A DNA stretch of 64,000 nt, taken from the NCBI GenBank assembly GCA_964187785.1, contig OZ076409.1, positions 69,814,001 through 69,878,000 of the forward strand, in the 5' to 3' direction. Positions 1-11,380 of the stretch are shown piece after piece; position 1 is the first letter of the stretch; every line of letters begins with the position of its first letter. The translations under genes were made by a program, and so were the position numbers. The notes beneath the pieces were generated by a model. It worked only from the letters and a program-made list of their open reading frames with translations, was not told where the DNA came from and did not search any database. Source of the DNA: Amphiscolops sp. MND2022 (taxonomy: Eukaryota).

Positions 1-195
1 ACCAACATCAAGCGTAGTGAATGTAGAACATCAACCAAACATTGGACATGAGGCTATTCAAGATCCAGTCACCCCGAAGACTAGTAACGCTGATAACTTG
101 AGTCCGGTGCTTACCGAAGAACATACCGCAGTGACCAATGATAGACAGAAACGATTACGAACCCAAACCCAGAAGTATCAAGCAGGATTCGCATG
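1..195 (+). mobile_element. 3' end of an LTR-retrotransposon pol ORF (integrase C-terminal tail), truncated by the window edge
   Basis: Open frame from nt 2 (PTSSVVNVEH...DRQKRLRTQTQKYQAGFA*) ends in a basic R-x-R...Y tail and is followed by a purine run AAAAAAGGGGA (204-214). An LTR-like stretch continues to about 385. Confidence 0.5.
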
Positions 196-567
196 AGGCA
201 ATTAAAAAAGGGGATTCGGTGACGTCATCGTCACTTTCTGTTATTCGGTAAACATCTACCGTTCGTTACCGAAGAAGCTACTTCAATTTCATTGGTTCCG
301 AGGTTCGGTTATATAACACCGAAGAATGGAAACTTTCAATATGCTTTACCGATGACCGGTGAAAGAACTCAAGTAAACTCTTACATAATAGACTTGTATA
401 TTAACTGGTATCAACTATTATTTTGAATATTATTTAACTGTTTTGTACGGACCATAAAGAAATAAAACGAAAACCTGAATTGAACTGAGTTTAAAACAAA
501 ATCTTTTCAAACCACTTTACGACACTATTTGAAAGTTCTCATTTTTCATTTTTTTTTCGAAAATTAT

Positions 568-1322
568 TGTAACGTCCGGCTAGCGGCGCACATCTAGGAA
601 GAGGGACAATGCCTAGGATGCTTAAACAGGAGACCGTTGTCTTACTACATACCTAGACACTAGTTTTTGATCCCAAAATGGTCTCCAAGGGGGACTTTTC
701 TAACGTCTAAGGAGGCTCCTCTAGTTAGAGCTCCGAAGCGACGTGCCGGCACTCTCAAAGTCCGGACACGCCCCACAAGCCTGTAAAAACGTATCCTAAG
801 GTTTCTAGCGCGTTCCTGCTATCTCCTACATACTTCCGAGGTCCAAAAAGGTGTCTAGCTGAAATACATTATATTGGTGAATAAGGACTAAAATGAGGCC
901 CTAGTAGGTCAAACATTATCCAAATACGCTATAAACAGTCAAAGTAGGTGGGGATAGGCCCCAATAAAGTATACAGTTACAGTTCGGTGGCGATCATCGG
1001 CTTCCTGCCTCTGGCATCATTCCTCATCTTCGGGGCACAATGGTCTCATTTGGCACTTTTCTGCCAAAACCCTGTCTTTTTGCTGTCAGATGGCCGAATT
1101 CCTGATTCTCACGCCTTCTGGGTGATGACATCTCGGACATTCTCGTTCCTGGGTGGTGGGTTGGGTCTTTTTTGGGCGTGTTTTTTCTTTTTTTTTGCTT
1201 CCTCTACGGTTCTCGTACCTGCTGGGTCGGCCATCTTGAATGTGCTTGTTTGATGTCGCTTATTTCGAATTTTTGATCGAAATTTTCAAAAACTTCTGCA
1301 ACGCCGACTGCCGGACGTTACA
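568..1322 (-). repeat. 3' LTR (755 bp)
   Basis: TG...CA ends, adjacent to the PPT, near-identical to 5296-6049. Confidence 0.93.
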
Positions 1323-4029
1323 TCCTCCCCGGGCCGTAGTTTGTCGTCCTCGACAAACGAGAGAGGACGTTCACATCTTGGTTGCCACCATCCAGTGATC
1401 CAGTGATACTGTTGCAACATGGTACTTCAGGAATCTAAATGGAAGTCGTTGCCCAAAAACACGTTATTGCCCAAAAACATGAGTTTTTGCCAGCCTAGCA
1501 GGTTTCCTTGGATTCCACACCAACAACGGGTTCTTGCACTGGAAAAATATTAGCAACTTTAGACACTTAGCCTTATTTTCAAAACAAATTCAAACTTTTA
1601 ATTTCGCACCAAGATTTCAAAATTTCTAGCACCTTATTGCATCTGCATAATAAGCACTCATCACAATAGGTTTGGCACTGACCTGGGGTCCGCCTGATAG
1701 GTTAGGTTTTATAACATGCACGATAGCACTTGAAAAGCGAAAAATAAAAGTAACAGCTGTGGTCTTGCAAAGTTCATGGCCAACAGAAACTGCACAATAA
1801 CTAGCACTAATGGTGAAATAGGCCTCAAAAAATCAAAAATATCACAAAAAATGCGGAACTATTCAATCTATTGTGTCAGCAATGTACGCCCAGTTAAAGC
1901 TATTGTCTAGGTAGTACAAGCACCAGTGTATATGCAAGAGATGGAAACAAACTACTTCTCAAGAGGGGACAATGTCACTAACGATGATAGAGCAGAACCA
2001 ATAAAAGTCAAAAATCAGGCATGATAGATCATGAAAACAGTCTTCGGCATTAAAAACAAGTTCCAGAGCAATCATTCGGGTTCTAAAAGCACGGCCGCTG
2101 GCCAAGCAGTTCTCAGAGCTTCGAAGCTCTAGGTGTTTCATCATGCTTGGTGTTGACTTCTCTCGGGAGAGTATGGGTACTCCCCGGGCCAATCTCTTGT
2201 CCGGTGTTTTCACATCGACATGGTTCATGCAACTGTGGTACCGAGTACCGAGGTTCACTTTACGCATGAATCGAGCAACGAACATTGATTTTTTGAGAAG
2301 CCTGCTTGGCTACAGACGTTAGATTGTCTGAAAAGTCGTTTTGTCACTCATGCTGCCCTGTTTCTGGAGAGCATAAGAAAAAACAAAAATGTGATTAGGG
2401 ACTAGGGGTAGACCTTGGGGGTGAGTAGGACAATGGACACTGAGATTGAAGTGCTTTCTTGCCTTACGATCGTAGCACGATCAGAAAAAGCGTTCTTTTT
2501 CGACTATGGTAGTCGCTACTGCACTTGTTGTCCTGTTTTGAGACGCACTGCGTACAAAGTCTAAACTTCTAAAAGTGCCTATAAACGCGCTCCAGCACCC
2601 GTAGGGCCCGTGGGGCACTGAGTATGCGTAATCTCAATGAACAGATTGCACTCAAGTGACTTTGATAGCAGCCGGGAGGCGAATTTCCATTTTCGGTTTT
2701 TCACCTCCATGTCTCATAGATCGGTTTTCTCAGAGACCCGAGATCTTAGGGTCAGCTTAGCACTATTCAAAGTGATTCAAGAAGACGTCCTGAGGGCGCT
2801 CGGTATGCTAATTGGGTCGTCTTGGCCCTCACTGGCATGTACACTGAGAAAAACTATGTGATTTTTTGCAAAAATGCCCAAAATCAACAATTTTTTCGTC
2901 AACATGCACCTCCGGGGAAGGTGAAAATCACTTGTAGCGCTGCTAGCGACTTGAAAATTTCACACCGTCTAATACACTGGTTGAATCGTGAGGAATGAAC
3001 CTCCGATTGCGTCAAAATTGATCCTGTGGGTGTCACGGCCACTTAACAATGTTCACTGTAAAATTGACTATGTCGCGAAATTCACAAAAAGTGGTCAAAC
3101 TCGCCTTCGAGGCGTCCCAGCCACCTGAAATTTTGCCTGCGAGCGTAACTTTTGCCTACGTAACAGAAAAATAGAGCGGCGAGGTGCCTTGATCAACATC
3201 TGGCGATATGAAGTGACAAAACCTTGATGTACCAGAGGTACCGCTTTTTCGGGTCAAAAATCACAAAAATGTCAATTTCTCAGCTTTGGCTAGTAGCCGG
3301 CTGCTCAAATTGCACAAATCGTCGTGATCCAGTGCCGTGTGCACGAAAATGCAAGAATTTTAGTGTTGGGGTACCTGCGAGGTATTGTACCATGCTCAAC
3401 TAAAATTCAATTTTTTCGACATTTTCGGATCATTTTTGAGCAAAACTGCGGCTAAGATTTCTCAATCACTAGTAACAGTAGCGTTACGAAAATTACACCA
3501 CTAACGTAACTTTTTGCGGTCTACACGATGGTGCAATCCGTTTTGGGCTACTCCTGCTAGGAGAGATTTCGACCTTTCTTTGAAACACTATTTCAATGTT
3601 CCGATAATGTCGCAAAAATAGCACGTTTTGGGCTATTTCTCAACAACCACTGGTTGGAATCACTCGCGGTTTTCTGCGTTTGTAACGTTACACTCTATAA
3701 TAACAGAAAATAGGCAAGCGAAACCTGGTAGGTTCCAAATAAGGTCTCTCAAAAAATTCTCATGTTACACCTTTTACATTCTGGGAACAATGTGAAAAAT
3801 ACGTATTTTCCCTAGGAACTTTTTATTTCTCGGTTCCCAGATGTTCGGGATAGTTCTAAACGTAACGTAATAAGGTGTAATAACTTTATTCACGGGACTG
3901 GGATTGTTTCACTTATTAGTTTTGATGTTATAACTCTCAGGTCGATGGGGTCCTCCACTCAGGTCTATGTACAACAATAGAACGTCAAGGGTTAAACTAT
4001 CAATTTATATTGGGGAAGGGTAAAAAACG

Positions 4030-4700
4030 TCTTGGCAGTAGTGTTTTGTACCACCAAGCTCGGGAACAATGTTTTTGGGCAGCTCTGAAAGCTTTGGAAC
4101 AAACGCTCAAGGCTTCGCCCTCACCACATTTTGTCTGTTAGGCCAATTTTGGGTCTTCACAAACAAAAATCGCTAATTTTTTTTGTTTTCAAGTAAATTA
4201 GCGGGTTAAAAAGTTTTGTTCCTAGCCTGATAGGTCTAGTGGAACGTTTTTATTGTATTGCCACTGGCCGTACCCTCTTCTGAAAAATTTTGGCTTTTGT
4301 AACTAATGATGACCAATAAGTAGCTATTGTATGAAAATTAAAATTGGCTGGTAACTTATTCAATATTTCATTGGAGGGCCTCAAAAAACTGCTTGACGAT
4401 AACGTTTTCTAATATCTGGCTCGGGAAAAAGAATTTTAGGTGGCTCGCAATGCTCTGAGAAAAACGAACAGGGCTTCGCCCTCACCATTTTTCGTCTCAA
4501 AGTCCAAAGTTGACGTTTTCAAACAAAAATCGCTAAAGTTTTCGGTGTTTTTGACAATTTAGCTAAACAAATTTTTCTGTTCCTGACCTGATAGGTCTAA
4601 TGGAACGTTTTTATTGTATTCCCATTGGTCCTACTATCTTCTGAAAAATTTCGACTTTTAAAAGTAACCAAATCGAAACTAGAGCTATATAGGGTGTTAT
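4030..4700. repeat. Two diverged ~360-bp tandem units inside the LTR element
   Basis: GGCTTCGCCCTCACCA, AAACAAAAATCGCTA and CCTGATAGGTCTA-TGGAACGTTTTTATTGTATT each recur at an offset of about 360 nt. Confidence 0.8.
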
Positions 4701-5295
4701 GGTTAGCTCGCTATATTTTTTCAGAAAACAATCGGAATACCCAGTGGGTATTTTTCTCAGTTAGTTTATGCAAAAACAGGCCTGGGAATACTAATTTGGG
4801 GCTAGAAAACGTAAAGGGAACGAAATAACCCAGCTGTCTTCGGTGAATCGGCACCAGGTGGGGAGGAAGAGGCTATGACGTGAAGCACCTGTAGTCCTGC
4901 ACTCAGCTAGCTCGGGTCTTCACAAACCGTCCTCGCAGTCCCTGTACATTGCCAATTAGCTGAAAAGAAGCTGGAAAACCCGTTAAAACACGTTCCGGAT
5001 AAGCCGGAATAGCTTTTTTAACAAGTACAGATAAGGTACAAGGGGGTACACCGTCTCAAACTGTCTTTTTCAGGCTTGAGACCTCGGAAACATGCAGGAA
5101 ACGCAGGAAAAACACTAATACAAGGCCCAAAGGGCTAGAATAAAGCAGTAAAAACAATCTAGGACTCTCCCAAAAGCTTCTCCTAGATCCAGACCTTTCA
5201 GGGCCGGAAAGCAGGAGTTGCTCCTCGCAGGACGCGGTAAGGAAAAATATCCTTGAAAAATATCCCTCTGTGGTCGCCATAAAAACTATTCCAGA

Positions 5296-6049
5296 TGTAA
5301 CGTCCGGCTAGCGGCGCACATCTAGGAAGAGGGACAATGCCTAGGATGCTTAAACAGGAGACCGTTGTCTTACTACATACCTAGACACTAGTTTTTGATC
5401 CCAAAATGGTCTCCAAGGGGGACTTTTCTAACGTCTAAGGAGGCTCCTCTAGTTAGAGCTCCGAAGCGACGTGCCGGCACTCTCAAAGTCCGGACACGCC
5501 CCACAAGCCTGTAAAAACGTATCCTAAGGTTTCTAGCGCGTTCCTGCTATCTCCTACATACTTCCGAGGTCCAAAAAGGTGTCTAGCTGAAATACATTAT
5601 ATTGGTGAATAAGGACTAAAATGAGGCCCTAGTAGGTCAAACATTATCCAAATACGCTATAAACAGTCAAAGTAGGTGGGGATAGGCCCCAATAAAGTAT
5701 ACAGTTACAGTTCGGTGGCGATCATCGGCTTCCTGCCTCTGGCATCATTCCTCATCTTCGGGGCACAATGGTCTCATTTGGCACTTTTCTGCCAAAACCC
5801 TGTCTTTTTGCTGTCAGATGGCCGAATTCCTGATTCTCACGCCTTCTGGGTGATGACATCTCGGACATTCTCGTTCCTGGGTGGTGGGTTGGGTCTTTTT
5901 TGGGCGTGTTTTTTCTTTTTTTTGCTTCCTCTACGGTTCTCGTACCTGCCGGGTCGGCCATCTTGAATGTGCTTGTTTGATGTCGCACATTTCGAATTTT
6001 TGATCGAAATTTTCAAAAACTTCTGCAACGCCGACTGCCGGACGTTACA
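5296..6049 (-). repeat. 5' LTR (754 bp)
   Basis: TG...CA ends; PBS lies 16 nt downstream on the minus strand. Confidence 0.93.
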
Positions 6050-9000
6050 TATTTAATGTCTCCAAAGGGTCCCCCTTAATTTTTTTCGATCTTTTGCAAC
6101 AAACTGGATTTTATTAATTATTTAATTGTTTATTGTCTCCAAAGGGTCCCCCTTAATGTTTTTCGATCTTTTGCAACAAACTGGATTTTCAAAAAGCCCA
6201 AAGGTCCTCCTCTTACAATTTTCAAAACTTTAGCTTTTTGAACCTTAGATATAGCGCCGACTTAGACGTTCCCGTCTTGTTTACCTTTGAACCCTAAGTT
6301 CTTCTAATCGGCATTCGAAATACGTTACCATATTAACAGGAATATGGACTTTTTCCCTTGAATTTTCGGTTTTAAAAAGTTTTAATTGCAAACTTTTTTG
6401 ACAAAACAACTTGAAGAATTAGGGCGAAGATAATTTTTATCAAGTTTAGAGTTCTTCTTAAAATGATATATTTCAGCGAAATAAGAAAACTAAGGATTAT
6501 AGTTATTTATATTTATTTTTCTTGAAAACAGATTTATAGAAACTTATTCGTAGACAGGATTCATTTGTAAAAGAAAAGGTAAACTTGCCGAATAAAATGT
6601 TGGTAATTACTTTTCGACATAGCGTGCTCCGAGCTCATACAATACATTCTTCCCGAATTACGAAAACTAAAAAATGAGTGGGCTGTCTCTCATTTTTCTG
6701 CGTCATGAAATTGATGTCAATTAGGAGAAAAAAATGATTTTTTTTTCAATTGCATGTATAATCCCACGAAATGTATGCCTAAATTGATCAGTGTGACGTA
6801 AGAACAATGAAAATTTGACCAAATTAGAAAATCATGTCGTTTCAAGGTCAATCAATCAGCAGAAGTAGTCTGATAAAATCATGCATTTTACGTCATTGGG
6901 TGTTATAACTACATTTGCAACAACCTTGGTGCTTATAAAACTTACAAAACAATAAAAGCAATCTTTTCTCGAATAGAAACACTGATTGCAGCTCACAGTC
7001 GTGAATTGAGAGTTAATCTTGGGCGGGGATATAAATATATTACATTATACTTGCATTTACTCTATCAATTTATTGATAAAAATCAACAACAGACTCTGAT
7101 TTTGATGAATTGCTGTCATCCTCAGCTGTCAAATCATTCCACCGGCTACTTGTAAACCTAATATTTTATTTATATTACAATCATACAGTTTAATGTAGTT
7201 ACAAATTATATTCTTATTAACTTTGGCACAGCATAGTGTACATTTAGCCAACTTCTTCGTAACAACATTTGGGAATTTTTACCTGAATAAAGGCACTATT
7301 AAAAGGCCAGTGGATTTCATGCATTTTGAATTAGTCGCAATATCAGCATGGATGCAACAATCAATTTTCAACAGAATCAGGAAACCAATATCCGCTTCTA
7401 GGTGTACCATTATTGCGACTACTTCTTTATATCTGCATGCACATTGTTGCGACATATGAAAACCCCTTCAAGAATAAGTAATAAGTACTAGCAGAGCGCG
7501 AGGTTGATTTGAAAAAGCTAAAAAAACAGTCGGACCTTGATTCCTTGTATTGGAGTATTAATTGCACAATAGTGGGTGGTCAATCCAATTCGAGACGGAT
7601 ATACTAAGCTACTAAGATAGGGATACTGACTTCATTCCATTTCCTTCTTTTCATTCCTGATTTCGCTCCCAATTCGATGCAAACAAAAGGACAAAAGGTG
7701 ATGGTCTCAATTTAGGATCGTATATTGTTGGCAAAAATTACAAGCATAACACCACTGTAAATTCAGTATATATACTTGTATATTGTTATATTTATATTGC
7801 CAATCTATCCTTCAAATTTGTACTTGTAGGCGGTGCTACTTGCTGTGTGGCATTGCATAACAACTCTCCGTTTCTTCTCCATATTACGTAACACCACTTC
7901 ACCTCCTTTCTTAAATCCTCGTCTTTGTTCTCACGTCTCCTTGGCGCAAAACAACGCAGCCCCTTTTTTGAATTGCCACCACTTAACCCCCCACATAAAC
8001 TTCCTCATTTTCCATATTTTCCCACCCCGTCGAAGGTCCCGTCGCGTTCGCTGCAGTCTTCGCTGCGATGGTGTCTTTCAGTTATATTTTTTAATTCTTT
8101 CCGTTTGAACGCCGTTTCCTAATTCACACCAGGCATCAATATTTGAAACTCTCAAAGTGGAGATTTGAAAAATTTATAAGCTCGGTCCCTTGTCCTGTTT
8201 TATAGATTTAACACGTTTTGTTACTTCATTTCTTGCTTGGAGTTGGAAACTGACAATTCAAATGGTCTTTTTTTAAAATTGCTCAGTCAATTTTGGAGTC
8301 TTTTTGAATTAGGAGGATTGGTAAAAACTCGTTTACGCTGAATCAAAGACAACAAACAATTATTCTAAGAATACGCGAATGAATTATTGACAGAAAAAAA
8401 AACGAAAAAACTACCACAGATTCACAAAAAAAAGAAAATACAAAACAGTTGAGTATTTTTAGCAGCAGTGTTGTTTACAAAAAAACTTCGTAATGAACAA
8501 CTATCAGGCTCGTAAATTGAGATTCATTTGATATAATGCTTGTAAATATGAGTCATGAAATATTTACGCACAATACTTTCAAGCTGAAATTCCAACCCAA
8601 AAAGGCCATTTTTTTTTACTTTATCTCACATTAAAGTGGCCGATGACTATCAAACTTTTTGAACGGAATTCGTTGCCAAATTTTTCAATAATTTGAAACC
8701 TTTCGCAGATATTTTTAACTTCTTCGAATACTTTGAGTGTTTGCTTTAGAAATCTAGCACAGTTTAAGCTCGAAATTTTCTCAAATACGGCGACTTTTCG
8801 TTCGGAGAAACGCCGAAAATCGCATGCTTATATGATTCTTATAAAATTTGCAAAATTCATCGAAAATCTGCCTGGTCCCAGACTTGCTAATAAAATTCAG
8901 ACAAATATGTAGATTTTCTGTGATCAAAGGAAAAGAAAATACAACATTTTTTTCGCCGAATTAGAGACCAATTCCACCAATATGGTACTACGTAGGACAC

Positions 9001-10854
9001 GTTGCAGAAATCAATAACGGCCAGCCACGCCTGAAGTTTAGCACCCTAATATCACCCCACAAGAATGAAGAAAATTGGCGCCGAAGTTGATGCAACTAAA
9101 TCAAAATGTGAATTTTTTTATCCACGCATAATCAGCATTTCACGTGTTTTGATATATCCGGCCAATAAACATTCATCTGTGCGACTGCACTTCAAAGGGA
9201 ATAAAAACGGGTCGTAAAATTTTTGAGTTCAAGTTGACTAAGTTGATCCCCCTTCTCTCCTCTCTTTCCAAATTTTTCCATCATTTTCCCCCTCGCTCCC
9301 GTTGAAGAGCATTGAACTACTCATGACCTGTGAATTTATTCCCTTCAGAGCGCAAGAACCAAATTTATACTTTTTCTCCACATTTTTTCTGTTTTTTCCC
9401 AGTACTCTTGGGGAGACTAAAAAATGGGAAACAAGAACTAGATGGATGAAGACGAGCCTCTTGGCGCCAAAGTCACGTGATTTGTTTGGGTGATATATGT
9501 TATGAACAGGAAGATACGGAATGTGAACAAGATTATTAATTATTCACGCCCCGTTTTGGTAAATAATGGAAAATAGATAACTCCTATGACTAGTATTAAA
9601 TATTTCACTAACCAACCAGCGCTATTTCACGGATATTACATCCTTTGAATTGCCCTTTTCCATAGAATAATCCTCCCTTGGCGTCCTGTTCCTTCCGTTG
9701 TTTACTTTGTTTATTTGTCTACGAATTGATGAAAAGCGGGAAAACGGTTTTTTGTTATTCCAAAGATGGTTCTTCGATTGAAGTTGATACCTGATACTTC
9801 ACATGGTGTTATTTTTGCCTTATCGGTTAATGAACTTAACGATTGATTATAACATAGAGTGCAAATTTTATTACTGTTTATCGCCAATTCATTGGAACCC
9901 CAGCTGTGTTTGACCAGTCAGTCAATGTGAAAAAATGGGGAAAAAATTATTATCAGTATTGCCATGTACATGTATTACCATTCAAATATTACATGGCAAC
10001 CATCACTGTTTGAATTATCATTCCATATTCCCCCATACTATATATTAAAATCAACCTGATTTTTATCGTAGTTTTATTCGGAATATAAATTTCTTTTGAT
10101 GTTAATAGCAACGAAAAAAACTCAATATGTTTATATGTGACTAGATATCGGCTCTGATTCCAGAAATCCTAATGAAAAATTCCGTCCAATAATTTCAACT
10201 AGGCTTTCTTGATTATCTCACTTTCTTAGATCGTAATTATCGGCTTCTCCGTTTTGCCGCCAAACGTCAGCTTCGGATGTCTGATGCAGATTCGACATCT
10301 GAGAAAACGTGTCATAACATCGATGTGCTTACATGTACATCGATGCGCCAGTTTATCAAAAAAAGAAAGCTTCGCTCCTTGGTTAAACTTTTATTTTTTG
10401 ACTGCAAAATTTCAGCGCCATGTTGGCTTACCGCTTTATTGGAAACGGCACAGTATCGACTACAACCATGGAACCGGCATTTTAATTGCTTTCCACACGA
10501 AAAAAGCTTTGAGAACTTGCGCGCAATTCCTAACATGTTGAGCGTGAATCGAAAGAAAAGCAGTTTTATGAAAAGTGGTCCTTTAATCTCGATACTTTTT
10601 ATCTCTCAATAATGTTCAAACACAACCGAGTACTATCCCCTAGTAAAGTGCCAATGGTAAGTTTAGCATTATCAGACGCCTCAGCTTAAAATTTTTGTAC
10701 AACAAAATTACTCCAAGCCAACCAGCAATAGTTTTAAAAAGAATAAGATCATCTGTAATAATTTAAATTTTTTTGCTTATAAAAAGTCTGCTTTTATTTT
10801 TACTCCCAAGGTGACTCATCGTATTACATAACTTTATCGGGGTTTATGTTACAG

Positions 10855-10956
10855 GTCGGCAGAAGTCCCATTCACGTAGCTGCCCAGAACAACCACCTAG
10901 ATGTACTCAGGACTCTCATTTTACCTGGTCATGATTGGTTATCCAGTGTCGACGCG
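10855..10956 (+). CDS. ANKRD6: Ankyrin-repeat exon (VGRSPIHVAAQNNHLDVLRTLILPGHDWLSSVDA) of ANKRD6/Diversin-like gene
   Basis: TTACAG acceptor, GTAAGT donor, 102 nt, phase 0, ankyrin G-x-S-P-I-H-x-A-A motif. Confidence 0.82.
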
Positions 10957-11380
10957 GTAAGTCTGTTCTCATTGTTGAATCATCCAATTCCACGGAATTT
11001 CTTGGATATTCGAATGAAATGGTAGTTTCCTAGCTTTTAAAATTGCGAAAACATCGAACCACTGTTTTGACATTTTTTAAAGTGTGAGACAGAAAAACTT
11101 TTTTAGAAAATGTTAAACTTTTAATTTTACTTCTTATCATTTTGGTTACTATTTCTCATCCCTCTATTGAGGCAAACGCTCAGTTTTGACGGTACTATGC
11201 AAACTTTTAGGCTATTATCTTTTCCTCGGACGTAAAGCTACTTTCCCCGTTTTCTCAAATTGTTTTACTTAAGTGAAGTTTTCCAGGCCTTTTAACTTTT
11301 GAAAAATTCTACTCATTCCCTTTCAAACACTGTCAGACTAAATATATTTTTTTAAAACTGTCAGGTTGGCGGTTCTTGTA

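Larger units (their letters stand above)
568..6049 (-). mobile_element. Non-autonomous LTR retrotransposon with 3-bp TSD (Troyka-like)
   Basis: Direct repeats at 568-1322 and 5296-6049 differ by about 3 substitutions and 1 indel. Each is bounded by the 13-bp inverted repeat TGTAACGTCCGGC...GCCGGACGTTACA. On the minus strand the PBS is TGGCGACCACAGAGGGAT (5262-5279) and the PPT is GGCCCGGGGAGGA (1323-1335). Flanks are TAT/TAT. No gag/pol ORF in the 4-kb interior. Confidence 0.9.

Noticed and set aside
948..1253. 101-aa hydrophobic ORF (and its copy at 5676-5966)
   Set aside because: It lies in the LTR on the antisense strand, has a GTG start, and the frame differs between the two LTRs because of a poly-T indel.
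7800..9500. Candidate first exon or promoter of the ankyrin gene
   Set aside because: No ATG-bearing exon with the expected first ankyrin repeat and a phase-0 donor could be identified.
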